Source of the DNA: Chrysomallon squamiferum
Lineage: Eukaryota; Animalia; Mollusca
Direction of reading: 5' to 3'
DNA length: 64,000 bases
Assembly (NCBI GenBank): GCA_012295275.1
Contig: CM022673.1
Coordinates: 20,274,001-20,338,000, forward strand
The notes below the pieces were generated by a model. That model did not search any database. It saw only the letters and a program-made list of their open reading frames with translations, and was not told the DNA's origin. This document shows, one piece after another, positions 27,001 through 41,688 of the stretch; position 1 is the stretch's first letter; each line of letters begins with the position of its first letter. The translations under genes and the position numbers were made by a program.

Positions 27001-27413
27001 TCGAGCTGTTTGCTCTGGGACTAAAGTGGGAATGATGTTTCCAAACAGCAGCACAGAAAATAACATGCTCTTCCACCCAAATGTTGACAGTGTTGAAGGT
27101 AAAGTTTTGTAGAATTTCTGTGAGTTGTCTGTTACTTGCAGCCAGAAATTTCAAACTGATGTCAGAGACAGTACAGTACCTCAGCGATGAGGTATGTTAC
27201 ACTTTGTGCTACGAAAATCGAAATAACTAGATATCAAGAAAGTTAAGCAATCTACATTGCGAGAAAACAAAAATACCTTGATAAAATTGAATAACAATAG
27301 CTAAACAGAGAGAAAATAAAAATAGCTATTTACAGAGACAAAGCACTTACATGTGTACTGTTTTAGTACAGGATCGTGTAATGTATGTACATGTTGTGGG
27401 ACTGCGATTTGCC

Positions 27414-27509
<96 letters not shown>

Positions 27510-27752
27510 TTTTGTTGTTGTTGCTTTTGAATTTTATTTGCTGTTTAATAGCTATACAGGTACTTAGATGGCACATTAATCGTGTTCACGATTGAGTTGA
27601 TAACAAGGAGAATTTGAAACCTTTGTATTTACACTCATTGTTAGAGAATAGAAAAATGTTGTTACACGGGTACTGAAGATAAGATAACTAATACTACCTA
27701 GTTTTGTCTGTCAAATGTAGGTCAGATTTCAAAGTTTAGTGTTAAACTACAG

Positions 27753-27853
<101 letters not shown>

Positions 27854-28329
27854 CATCATCATCATCATCACCATTATATTTTTTACTGTGTTTAAATGTT
27901 CTCATAGTTCTTAGGTATTTACTGATTCATTTTCAAGTTGATTTTTCCTCTTTTTTTTTCTTTTTATTGTTTTAGTGGATTGTTTCATTTTCTAAAATAG
28001 TGTGCTCATAGGACGTATGCACAAACTCACAGATATACCAGTACATTCGCAAACATAACTATACACATGTATATGCTCAGCAAAAAACATACACCTATAA
28101 AATAGATGTATAGGTCGAATCCAATAACACACTCGCCCACAGCCACACGCATAGATAGACATATTTATATATAATTTTGTAAAGCACGTTATTATTGTTT
28201 ACTACAGGTAGTTGATACCTTCCATCCCACTACCACCATATTCTTTCCCTCTTTTCCTATCCTGCATGCAAACCAGTTTCAACACATTTGTGTAAGTGGT
28301 AGCGTTCTAGCTGTTCTCATGTAAATGGG

Positions 28330-28710
28330 TTACCTTAACTGTGACCTCTAAGATAACAACAAACTGTGAGGGTTCTAAAAGTTATTTATTAAACTTGAAG
28401 CCAAACATCTGAAGTAACCTAGAAGAGAAATCACGCAATGTTGCCTGTGCACGTGGTGTCTCGTGAGTGACAGTATTGAAATATCACCGATTGAGTTAAA
28501 TGCAGGTGCGCAGTCTTTTTGTCAGTCGTCAATGTCCATAGTCAGAGGTCAGGTGTGGATGATTATGTACATAATGTAATACATTTATTAAAATCAATAA
28601 AAACCACTGACACTGTTACAGTACAAGCTGTACATCGTCAAAACGACGAGAGATTTGCATATTAGTCCTGTTACTGTTATTCAACCCGTATGTAGAAAAA
28701 CAAAACTTCA
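28330..28710. promoter_or_regulatory. Enhancer-like module copy 1 (E-box retained, CRE degenerate)
   Basis: Homologous to 30880-31240 and 35830-36110. cacgtg at 28450-28455; the CRE position reads tgaagtaa. Confidence 0.4.
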
Positions 28711-29199
28711 ATAAATAGTAGTGTGTATAGTGTGTATATAGTGTATATAGTGTGTGTAATGTGTGCGTGTACTTACTCCTGGCAAGTATAACAATCTCTG
28801 GAAACTAATTAGGAAAGTAAAGATACAAACAACATTTTATTTTCCTCTCTATTCGTGCCCGATAAGTTGAATCGAGTTAATTCTTTTTTTTTTAAACTAA
28901 TATTCTTGGTAAATGAAAGCAATTTTTTATAATAATTTATTATAATAGGAGAAGAAAATTTATTACTTACAATATTAATTTAAGAAGCAAGGTAAATCAG
29001 AATGTAAGTTTTGTATTGTTCTATTGACACGACAGAAGAGTTGTATGGTCAGTTACAGAAAAACCAGATCAAAATATTTGAATGTCACATTTCAAATCCT
29101 CTTCTGGTTTTGTTTGAAAATGCACACTTATTATTATTTGATTGCATGACAAAATTATTTACATCTTTAATAATGAAGTATTTCAGTTCTTGTTTACTT

Positions 29200-29232
<33 letters not shown>

Positions 29233-29559
29233 GCTTTTGAAATTTGGGAATTTATTGTTTTGTATTCCTAATAAATTACCAACTCAAACATTTTGATCTG
29301 GTTTTTGTTTGGTAATAAACACTTGTTACTATTTGATTGCATAATTACTTAATATTAAATACATTCGTTAAATCATAATTTTATTGTCATACTCAGAACA
29401 CTTTTAGGACAGATTGTATTAATACTGTAGACTGTCATATCTCTACATGTAACTAAAATTGGTTTTAGAGTCTGTTTTTTATGAATTTTATGAATTTTTC
29501 ATTTTCATTTTTTTTTATATGAGTTCATTATTTTTTTTATTATAACTGTTATTGCAGAT

Positions 29560-29743
29560 TTTGTTTTTGTTCTTTGTGCGTGCCTTTTACTGTGTTTAAT
29601 AGCTCTACGGGTACTTAGATCGCATTCACGATTGACTTGTTAACAGTGAGAATTTGAAACCATTGTTAGAGTATAGAAAAATGTCATTTCAAGGGTAATG
29701 ACGATAATATGACTCATACTGACTAGTTCTGTCTACAGTTCAC

Positions 29744-29803
<60 letters not shown>

Positions 29804-30301
29804 CATCATCATCATCATTATCATCATCAGCAGCAGTATTACATGTTTTACTGTGTATAAATATTCTCCACATTGTTAACTGTTTATTTATTAATTTTCA
29901 GTGTGTGTGTGTGAGTGTGTGTTTCTTTGTGTGGACTGTTTTAGTGGACTGTTTCATTTTCTAAAATAGTGTTCGAAAACACGTATGCATAAACGCACAG
30001 GCATAAATATATGTAAACACATGTATATGAACTGCAGACAATATACACGTACAAAACAGACTTATAGGTCGACATCCAATAACACATACTCACCCACACA
30101 GACACACGAATAATATGTATACACACATACTTACATACATACATACACACATACGTATATACACATACATACATACACACACATACATACATACATATAT
30201 ACATACATACATATATACACACATTCGCACATACTACATACATACATATATACATACACACATACATACATGCATGCATACATACATACATACATAATAC
30301 A

Positions 30302-30333
<32 letters not shown>

Positions 30334-31236
30334 CAGATAGTTAGATATAGATATTAAACTAAAATGAAACAGAGAAAAAAAAAAAAAAAAAATGAAGGTC
30401 AAGGTCAAGGGAGTCGTTATGCTTCCGTGGATGCTCCTGAGTTGATTTATCAAGACAAAGAGTATAATACCCGAAATGAGATACTTGCTGTTCACTTAAA
30501 GTTATTTATAGATAATTGTAGTTTGAGAAAAGAATGAGAAAGAAGAAGATGAAAAATATAAAGAAATGGATGTTAATATGAATGGTTTTAAAACAAAATT
30601 TATCGGAGTTTATTTTCTGTATGTTTGCAGCGTCGTGTTTTATATAGATAAATTAATGCTAAAATACCTATCTCTTGGGTATTAAAGTATCGAATTTCTT
30701 ATTACGTATTTAATTACGTACTCAGTTCTTAAACATGAGAAAAGTAAGTAAATTTAAACTATTAATTCAATATTCTATGGAACTTTGTAAAGCACGTATT
30801 CTTTCCGTGTCTTTCTTACACTGCATGCAAGTTTTAACAAATTTGTATAAATGGTAGAGTTCTGGTTGTAAATAAATGGTTGACCTGAACTGTGACCTCA
30901 AAGATAACAACAAACTGTGTGGGTCCTAAATGTTCTTTATGAAAACTGGAAAGAAATATCTGACGTCACGTAGAAGAGAAATGTCGCCTGTGCACGTGGC
31001 GTCACATGAGTGGCAGTATTGAACGATCGCCGTCTCAGGTGCCCAGTCTTTTTGTCAATCGTCAGAGGTCAGATGTGGATGATAATGTGCACAATGTGAA
31101 AAGTTTATTAAAACCAATGACAACAACGGATATGGTTACAGAACGAACAGTAGTTAGACCTGTCTCGTCAAAATGAGGAGAAATTTGCGTATTAGTCCTG
31201 TTAGTGTTATTCATCCTGTATGTAGAAATACAAAAC

Positions 31237-31268
<32 letters not shown>

Positions 31269-31800
31269 ATATACAACAACAATAATTAAAATACAAAAAC
31301 GTTTGACTTCCAGGAACTCCCTATTTTATTTCTTTATTTCTTTCTTTCTTTTTTTTTTCTTTATTTCTTTTATCTTTTTTTTATTTTTCTTCTTTTTTTT
31401 TTTTTTTTTTGACGAATTTTATTGTTATTTGATGTATTCATTAATTTTTTATTACGTGTATGACTGTAACTACATATATTTATATGTTGGTATTATAGAT
31501 TTTTTATCGATTTGCATATTGGGGGTCGTCTTTGCTCAATCTATTAAATAATAATAATAATCATAATAATAATATATCTTGTGTTAAGAGTTACAGAACA
31601 AAAGTTAACTTTTTATGGACATGTATGTATGTATGTATATATGTATATATATATATGTTCACCTTTATTTAACTTCAAGAAACTCATTATATTTTTATTC
31701 TTTCGTATTTTTTTCACTCATAATTTTATTTTTTATCTGATTTTATTATTTTATTTATTTAATTATTTCTTTTTATTATCATTTTTATTATTCGTAATGT
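29560..31800 (+). repeat. Direct duplication, paralogous to ~34700-36550 (partial third copy at 27540-28710)
   Basis: Near-identical 30396-30630 vs 35314-35550 (aaggtcaaggtcaagggagtcgttatgcttccgtggatgctcctgagttg...); also 29590-29740 vs 34740-34905. Confidence 0.9.
30880..31240. promoter_or_regulatory. Enhancer-like module copy 2 with a perfect CRE and an E-box
   Basis: tgacgtca at 30961-30968 and cacgtg at 30993-30998, followed by gcgtcacatg. Confidence 0.45.
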
Positions 31801-32689
31801 TATAATCACTTGTTGTAACACGAGGTAAATGCACTGTACGGGAAATAAACGGAGTGTTCAGAATTACCTACCCCTGCTCTGACGAGAACTGCGCTATACC
31901 GACGTGAATTAGAGTTATTTATAGATAATGTTTATTTGATGAAAGGAGAAGAAAGATGGAAATGAAAAGAAACTACCGTTATTATGAAAGCTTTCAATAC
32001 GAGACTTAAATTTTTTTTTCAAACGTCCAGTGTCGTTTTCAATATGGCAGTTATTAATTTCAAGCCTCATGTTAGCTGCGAAATGAATCAAGAAGAAAAG
32101 AAAGAAACAGAAACAACTTAAATTTATCGGTCACTAACATGTTAGATATCAAAAATATGAGAAACTTGCATGTTAATCACAAGATTTTTGTTTGTGATTT
32201 ATCCATTGATCAACATTGAAACAAATGAGCCAAATTCCTTATACCGAAATTGATTTTTTTTTTAAGTATTCTTTTATACGAATTTTTTATTTATAAAATA
32301 TAAAATAAATAAGTAAATAAATTAAGAAAAGTGAAAGGTAGAGTTGGAAGAAAGGTTATAGAATAAAACTGTGAGCTAATGTATTTTTCCAGAAAACGTT
32401 TTCAAGAGGGATGAATCAAGACGAAACGCAGAGTTAGTGAGAAATAAAATTTATTAATTAAATAAACAATGTCTGCCTGACTTCTTTAACATGAAAACAG
32501 AGTAGTCTTAAAACATAAATCTTAATAATAATAATTTTGTGTGTATATGTGTTATTTTAAACTATATTTAAGCTTACTATAACAAAGTGATATATTGCTC
32601 GTTCTACTCATATCTTTCTGAGCAAGTATACAAAACCAGTTTGACAAGCGTGTTATGCTTAGAACTGATCATGTTTACACTATCACTAA

Positions 32690-32861
32690 GCAACCAGGGT
32701 AATATAAACGTGACGTACAAACGTGTCGTATTGCCTTATTAAAATATCACCTGACGTGTCTCAGCGGACGATTCACAGAGCGAGCAGACGGCGTGGAATT
32801 TGTTACAGTTAGTTAGCTGACAAGATTCGTGTTTTACTTCGATTTGGATCCACAGGTAGGC
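32690..32861 (+). promoter_or_regulatory. Putative promoter plus non-coding first exon, module copy 2 (donor cag|gtaggc at 32855/32856)
   Basis: CpG-rich for this genome; tgacgt half-sites at ~32711 and ~32752; exon body homologous to 26240-26317. Confidence 0.5.
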
Positions 32862-33995
32862 AAACCTTTTACTACATACTAATGACTGTTGATTGTTTAT
32901 TTATTTCTCATTATAAAATTAATGATTTGATTTGATTTGATTTTTTTTTTCTTTGATTTATTGATTATTTATTATGATTTTGTTTTCTTATTTTTTTTTT
33001 TTTTTTTTTTTTTTTTTTCTGTGGTTTTTTTTGTGTTTTTCTTTTATCTTTTATACGGTGAATTCGGACTCTGGCGTCTGCTTTTTAATTTAAAAATAAT
33101 ATTCACACCAACGATTATGAGCTAATAAAATTGCATTATAAATAAACTAATAAACTAATGATTGATTTCTTTTATTACCTTTTTAGTGTATCTTTCTCAT
33201 TGAATAATAAAAAGTCGAAATATATCTTTGTATCAACAAAAATATAATAATAATTTTAAATAATAATAATAATAATAATAAATAAATAAATAAATAAATA
33301 ATGCAGCATCTACGGATATGTTGTTCAGTCATCTCATAAAGCAGACAATGGAGCGGAATAACTGATTATTTAAAAATACAAATTTAAAATTAATTTGTTT
33401 TCTGAAAAATTAATGCTGATGTAAATTAGTCTATTTAGGAAGTTACAAAAAGTAGAATAATTATGATTAGCCATTGAGAGTAGTTTCACAACAGAACAGG
33501 ACAAATATAAACTATATTACTTTTTTTCTTCTTTTTTATTATTAGGGTTGTTATTTGGGTTTATTTCGTTTTTAAAGTTTGTTTGTTTGTTTGTTTGTTT
33601 ATTCTTTTCCTTATCTTTCTTTTTTATTATCGTTTAACATGGAATTGTTCAGGGGTTCTTTTGTTGTTTTTTTATTTCACAAGGTTATGAAACATTAGCA
33701 TTGTCAAATCTTTCGACTTCATTAAATGAAAATATAATTAATTATTAAATTACATCCATACGATAAATTATTTCAACGGTTAAATACTACGATACAAATA
33801 AACGTTTCAGAATAAAATTTTATTATTAAAAGTTCATTATAACATCAACAAGGTCAGTGTTACTTTAAGGTGAGATCATTGTCACGTGATCTAAACATTT
33901 GAAATACTTAATGTGAGTTTTGTCACGTAGACATGAGTAAACAAAGAAAAAAAGTAACGCATACCTTTTTTCAAATGATGATTATTATTATCTTT

Positions 33996-34037
<42 letters not shown>

Positions 34038-34180
34038 TAGCTAGCTTTTGCAATAAACGATTCAATGGAGTGTTTGAATTGGAAATGTTTCTGCAGCTTG
34101 GGTTCTAAATTTAACAGTGAAACAAAACATTGTGGACAATTTCTCACACTTAATCTTAGCCTCCAACAGAAACCAGATTA

Positions 34181-34225
<45 letters not shown>

Positions 34226-35829
34226 GTATGTGGGATTGCCTTTAGATTCTTCACACATCTTTGACTGCTGTTTCTGTCTATGGGACTTGGCTGGCAACGA
34301 ATCTTTTAAATTACAAGGAATAATTTAATTTTTTCTTCTTCAATCTATTGTTGTAAAATCTGTTTCCAAACAAATCAGCCAAATCTTCTCTTAACTGATG
34401 TCGAAGAAGTTTATATTTTATGTATATTTATCTATTTACCTGTCTATATATGTATGCATGTATGTATGTATGTATGTATTTATCTATCTATCTATCTATA
34501 ACAATCTATAATTGCGTACCTTATTTTGTTTCATTATTTTGTCTTCATATAATGTTTCACTCAGTAAAATTTTGTTAATTTTTCATTTCATTTTTTTATT
34601 TTAGTTCAATATTTTTTCATTTTAATAATAATAATAATAATAATAAATATTATTATTATTATTATTATAGTTGTTGTTTTGTTGCCGTTGATGTTGCTGC
34701 TGTTCTTGCGGATTTTGTTTTTGTTCTTTGTGCGTTCCTTTTACTGTGTTTAATAGCTCTACGGGTACTTAGATCGCATGATGACCGTGTTCACGATTGA
34801 CTTGTTAACAGTGAGAATTTGAAACCATTGTTAGAGTATAGAAAAATGTCATTTCACGGGTATTGAAGATAATATGACTGATACTGACTAGTTCTGTCTA
34901 AGTTCATTAGTATTATTATCATCATCATCATCATTATTAAATTTTTTCACTATGTATAAATATTCTCCAAGTTGTTTATTGATTAATTGTGTGTGTGTGT
35001 TTTTTGTTTTGTTTTTTTCTTTGTTGTTTTATCGGACTATTTCATTTTCTAAAATAGAGTGTTCGCAAACACTATGCACAAACACACAGGTATAAATATA
35101 AGTAAACACATGTATATGAACTGCAGACAATATATAGGTACAAAACAGACTTATAGGTCGACATCCAATAACACACACTCACCCACAGCCACACGCATAA
35201 TACACACACATACATACATACGTAAATACATACATACATACTTACCTATATAGATAGTTAGATATAGATATTAAACTAAAATGAATAAGAGAAAAACAAA
35301 ATTAAAAAAATAAAGGTCAAGGTCAAGGGAGTCGTTATGCTTCCGTGGATGCTCCTGAGTTGATTTATCAAGACAAAGAGTATAATACCCGAAATGAGAT
35401 ACTTGCTGTTCACTTAAAGTTATTTATAGATAATTGTAGTTTGAGAAAAGAATGAGAAAGAAGAAGATGAAAAATATAAAGAAATGGATGTTAATATGAA
35501 TGGTTTTAAAACAAAATTTATCGGAGTTTATTTTCTGTATGTTTGCAGTGTCGCGTTTTATTTTTATAAACTCATCGTAGCTGAAGAATACCTATGTCTT
35601 GGGTATTAAAGCATCGAATTTCTCATTACGTATTTAATTACTTACTCAATTCTTAAACATGAGAAAAGTAAGTAAATTTAAATTATTAATTCAATATTCT
35701 GTGGGACCTTTGTATTGCACGCTATTATTGTTTATTACACGTATTTTTTCCGTCTTTTTCTTTCCCCGCATGCAAAGTTTCAATAAATTTGTATAAATGG
35801 TAGAGTTCTAGCCGAACTCAAATAAATGG

Positions 35830-36110
35830 TTGACCTGAACTGTGACCTCAAAGATAACAACAAACTGTGTGGGTCCTAAACGTTCTTTATTAAAACTTGA
35901 AACCAAACATCTGACGTCACGCAGAAGAGAAATCACGCAACGTCGCATTTGTACGTGGCGTCACATGAATAGCAGTATTGAAAAACCACCGACTGAGTTA
36001 GATACAGGTACCCAGTTCTTTTGTCAGTGTCAGTGTCCATAGTCAGAGGTCAGATTCTATGATAATGAACACAATGTGAAACGTTTATGTAGAAATACAA
36101 ACGTTATATA
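35830..36110. promoter_or_regulatory. Enhancer-like module copy 3 with a perfect CRE
   Basis: tgacgtca at 35912-35919, followed by tacgtggcgtcacatg. Confidence 0.45.
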
Positions 36111-36691
36111 AATAAATAAATAAATAACTAAACAACAACGACAATTAAAATACAGAGACATCTCTATTTTATTTATTTATTTATTCATTTATTTATTTTA
36201 TTTCATTATTATCTGAGATATTCATTTATTTTTCTATTACTTGTATCACTGATAACTACATATATCTTATAGGCTGGTGTTTTTTAAAGTATTTTATTCG
36301 ATTATAATATTTGGGGTTGTCTTTGACCAATGTATTAAATATGAAAAAATAAATAAAACATAAATAAATTAATAAATTAATAAATAAACTAATAATAATA
36401 CGTCGTGTTTTAAATGTTATGTTACAGAAGGAAAGTTAACTTTTTATGGACATGTATGTTTATAACTTTTCACGTTCATTTATCTTCAAGAACCTCATTT
36501 TATTTTTATTTCACTCATAACTTATTTTGTATCTGATTTTATTAATTAATTTGTTTATTTGATTCATTTTATTATCATTCTTATTATTCTTAATATTACA
36601 ATCATCGTTATTGTTGTTATTCGTCTTGTTCTTCTTCTTCTTCTTCTTCTTCTTATTATTATTATTATTATTGTTGTTGTTGTTGCTATTG

Positions 36692-36730
<39 letters not shown>

Positions 36731-38678
36731 TTTACTGTGCATAGTACATGTACAGATACTTAGATCGCTCGTTAATCGTGACATGGTTGAGTTGCAAACA
36801 AGAATTTGAAACCAGTGTATACAATAAATGTCGTTATGCGGGTATCGAAGATAATGTTGCTAATACTGCCTTCTTTTGTCCGTGAAACCGTAGGTCACAT
36901 TTGAAACTTTAATATCAAAGTACACTTCATTATTCTGGTTCCTGTGTTGTTGTTTTGTTATTATTATTATTAGTAGTAGTAGTAGTAGTAGTATTATTGT
37001 TGTTGTTGTTGTTGTTGTTGTCGTTGTTATTTACTCGAATTATATCTTTAATAATAATAATAATAATTATTATTATTATTATTATTATTATTTTATTATT
37101 ATTTTTTTAAACTGTTTAATATGGAGTATCTTCTCGTTAAAATTATTTCTGACAAGGGTCAAACAAGATTCAATTTGTTGTTAAATTTCTTTTTTCATTA
37201 ATGAAATTATTTCTTAAGTTATAATATATACGATATATACTTACTTGGTAATTGTTTGAGAATGAAATATTTATTTTAAAACTTTGTCATTAGATTTTAA
37301 AATAATGGTCTTTGAGATCAGATCATTGTCACGTGATCTAGAGATGTAAATCTTTAAATAATTAACATGAGTTTGGTCACGCAGACACGAGTTATGAAAG
37401 AGCAGGCTTTATTGTTTTACAAGTCTATATTATTTATTAGTATGGTGAGGTTTAAAATCAAATGATTAAACAGAAACATTTTATGTTGATCTGCGAGTGT
37501 GGTTCTTTATTATTATTGTCTCGTGTATGAAAGATTCCAGTTAGTTTGTTCTTAAAGTTTTTGTTTCCATTAAATGATTTTTTCGTTTTATTAAATTACA
37601 ATATTGCAATGAACTAAGAAATGAAATCAATGATATCAACAGATTTGGTAAATGTTTGAGAATGAAAAGTTTAATATTAATACTCATTATTTTTCTGTCG
37701 TTAGATTTTAAAATAAACAAGCTCACTGGCCAAGGTCACGGACACGTATTCTGTCACGTAGACACGAGTTAGCAATGAACAGACTATAGTTTTTCAACTG
37801 TTTTTTATTTTTTAATACATTATTACATGAGTATGTTACTGTAATATTTAGAGATTTCAAAAATAACACTGTAGAGTAAGTCTGGTATTCCGAAGATGCG
37901 AATACGCTTACAGTAACACATTTTAATTAACAACGCGTACACAAAGAAAATACATTAAATAGACGCGAAGTCAGAGTACTTACATTACAACACTCACTGA
38001 CATTTACTGAACAACAGACGTTGAAAGTATCAAAGGCATAGCCAAATAAGCCAACAGTAGAGAATAACTTCGTTAGCATTGAAAAAGAAATTAACAAAAT
38101 TCAAGTTTGTTAACTGAAATTATCGGTAGCAACAGGAAATGTGACTGATTACGTTGTGGAAGATGTATGTTATGTCCCTTCTAATTATCATTTTTCAGTT
38201 GTTTGAGAGTTTGTTGCTTATGTGCTATTTTGTTTATTACAAAGAAAGCACATCTTTGTTGTTTCTTTTTTAAATTGTGTGTCTGTGTAGCAATGTATCA
38301 ACACAACTGGTGTTTTTCCTTTTTTCCCGAAAAGTCGCTAATTTACTCAACAACATACATTAAAATTATAGCAGGCCTAGCCAGAGCAATTGTGGAGAAA
38401 ATCTTCGTTAGCCTTGATGAAGAAATTAATAAAATTCCTGTTTATTAATTGAAATTGTCAAAACCCAAAGGAAATATAAATAATTCCGTCACGGAAAGAT
38501 TTATGTCATGTGTTTTCTATTTATCAGTCTCCCAACGTTTGAGAGTGTATGGTTTATGTTCTGTGTTGTGATTACAAAGAAAGCATTTATTTTGTTTTTA
38601 ATGTTTAAAAACGGTAGTAATAATAATGTATGTACAAATTCAGTTGCGCTTGAGTGTTATTGTGCAAAAAAAAATAAA

Positions 38679-38712
<34 letters not shown>

Positions 38713-39399
38713 TCGAATTATTTCTCTTATTTTTCCTCTTTCTGTGTGCCTCCTTCCGCCTCCGACTTTGGAGTGTGTGTGTGAACGCGCATGTGTCTAA
38801 TTTGTACATAGAAGTAAACCTGTGACCTAGAACGAACTGCACTTAGAAGTTTCTTTTATGTAAAACGAAGTGCATTATCTCTTCTTATTGAGACAGGTTC
38901 ACTTGAAAGTGTAAAAAGACATTGGTTCATACTGGTACTACAAAAAATAAATTTATTATTATGGTCACAGTTAAAATTATATGTTTATCAAATATATTGA
39001 CCTGAAACTGGCATATAATTTAACTGAAGTGTAAATAAATAAATAAATAAATAAATGTGAAATGCAAAGTTGGCTGGAAGGTTAATAAAATAAAATTATC
39101 TTTACGATTCAGTGTATTTTATCACGAACGTTTCATGACTAAACGCAGAGTGAGTGAGAAATAAAAATAAATAATAAAATTAAAAATGCCTGCCCTAACT
39201 TCTGTGACACGAAAACAGAGTACTACAGAGTATCTTCTTTGCTGGACGTGCAACATAAATCTTAATAATTATGTGTGTGTGTGTGTGTGCTATTTCAAGT
39301 TCTCGTTAAGCTTATATAAGAAAATGATGTAGCTGCCACCTGTTTACTGCGCATATCTTTTTGAGCAAGTATAAAAACCACTTAGATAAAAGTGCTATA

Positions 39400-39544
39400 C
39401 TTAGAAATGATTGTGGTTACCTTGTCACGAAGCAACCAACGCAACATACTACGTGGAAACCTGTGACGTGTGTTTTACAAATTTGTGACAATTCGCTAGT
39501 GGGCAAGATTCGAGTTTTTCTTCAATTTCCATCCAAAGGTAGGC
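39400..39544 (+). promoter_or_regulatory. Putative promoter plus non-coding first exon, module copy 3 (donor aag|gtaggc at 39538/39539)
   Basis: Homologous to 32600-32900 (gagcaagtata..aaacca, caagattcg.gttt..ttc.attt, gtaggcaaa.ccttt). Confidence 0.45.
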
Positions 39545-40063
39545 AAAACCTTTTCCTACACTGCTATTACTAGTGACTGTTGGTTGTTTATTTATTCCTT
39601 AAGATAAGATTAATTACTTTATTTTATTTTATTCTTTTTATGGACAACCCGGATTCTTACATTCGAAACTCGGCCCATATTTGCGTTTTCATTTAAAAAT
39701 AATAAAGTAACATTATGTTTTATTTCATGCGTAATTTTATTTTTGGTTTATTTTTATTATTTAATTTGTTTATTTGATTAATTTGATTATCATTGTGGTT
39801 ATTCTTCATGTAGTTCTTGTTGTTGTTGTTGTTCTTCTTCTTATTATTATTATTATTCTATATGTTACTGTGCATAGTACATGTATAGATACTTAGATCG
39901 CATGTTAATCGTGCTCACGGTTGATTTGTAAACAAGCACAATTTGAAACCTGTGTAATTACTCTCAGTTCATTGCAATATTGTAATTTAATTAAAACAAA
40001 ATTCATTTAAATGAAACAAGAAATTCAACAATAAACTAACTGGGATCTTTCATATATATATAA

Positions 40064-40794
40064 GACTTGTAAAACAATAAAGTCTGCTCTTTCGTAACTC
40101 GTGTCTACGTGACCAAATTCATGTTAAGTATTTAAAGATTTACATCTCTAGATCACGTGACAATGATCTGATCTCAAAGACCAGTGAGCTTGTTTATTTT
40201 AAAATCTAATGACAAAGTTTTATAATAAATGTTTATTCTCAAACAATTACCAAGTACGTATATATCGTACTATTATAACATAAGAAATAATTTCATTAAT
40301 GAAAAAAGAAATTTAACAATAAATTGAATCTTCTATAGACCCTTGGCAGAAATAATTATCACGAGAAGATACAACAATTTCAAAAAACAAAACATACAAA
40401 AGAAAAAAGAAGACAAAAACAAGAACAATATCAGCTAATAAGTAGAACTGTAATAAGGAATATTTATTTTAGCCATTTTAAATTACAACTCTATAATTGT
40501 ACCAATGTAGAAATTAACCTGTTACTTTATTAACGGTGACTAAAGCTTGAACATACTTTCTGCGACTTACCGAATTACATCGGCATCAATACTTACGAAA
40601 CAATTAATTTCAAATTTGTCATTTCACATAATGAGTTATTCTGTAGACGATTCATTCCTCCATCGACTATCTTATAAGATAACTGAACGAAGTTTACATT
40701 AATATTTTTACAAACTGCTCGTTCATCAATGGTGTTTATACTTAGTACAGCTTTTTTCTTTCGTTCTTCTTCTTTTTCTTCTTCTTCTTCTTTA

Positions 40795-40834
<40 letters not shown>

Positions 40835-40970
40835 TGTGTTGTGTTTACAATCTGACCTACTGTTTCACAGACAAAACTAGGCACTATTATTATCATTATC
40901 TTCGATACCCACATTTATTGTATTCTCTGACAATCAGCGTAACTACACAGGTTTAAAATTCTACTTATTT
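40064..40970 (-). repeat. Inverted duplicate of ~36740-37430
   Basis: 40064-40370 is the reverse complement of ~37125-37426 (gatcattgtcacgtgatctagagatgtaaatc...), and 40820-40965 of ~36800-36960. Confidence 0.85.
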
Positions 40971-41648
40971 ACAATTGTTCATTGTTTATTTATTCCTCAA
41001 GATAAAATTAATTACTTTATTTTATTTTCTTATTATTCTTTTTACGGAGAACCCAGATTCTCACATCCGAAACTCGGCGCACGTTTGCGTTTTCATTTAA
41101 AAATAATTCTCAACAATTATGAAGAAATTAAATTATATTATAAACAAACAAACGAAAAATGAATAAATAAATAAACCTTTTCTATATCTTTTTTCATTGA
41201 GTAATAATATATGTTGTATAAACAAAAGTTTAATGATATTAACAACAACAACAACAATAATAAATAAATAAATAAATAAAGCATATTGTTCAGTTATCTC
41301 ATAAAGCAGTCGATAGAGGAATACATATCTATGGAAAATTTAAAAATTAATTAATATTAATTCTGATGTAAATTAGTGTGTTTAGGACGTTACAAAAAGT
41401 GTAGAATAATTACGATTAGTTGCATATTCAGGACAAATCTGTGATATGAATTTTATTACTTTTCTTTATTTTGTTTTTTATCTTTTTATCTTTTTTTTTT
41501 TCTTCTTATTTTACTGTTATTATTAGTTATTTTATTTAAAAAAAATTTCTTTCTGGATTTTCCTGATCGACTAAGCAAAGATAAAAGTATTCCTTTTCAA
41601 GTGATTATTATTTTCTTAATGGAAAACATATATATATATAATAATGTT

Positions 41649-41688
<40 letters not shown>

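Noticed and set aside
32325-32340. IRF/ISRE-like motif gaaaagtgaaag
   Set aside because: Expected by chance in such A-rich DNA and not evidently conserved in the sister cassettes.
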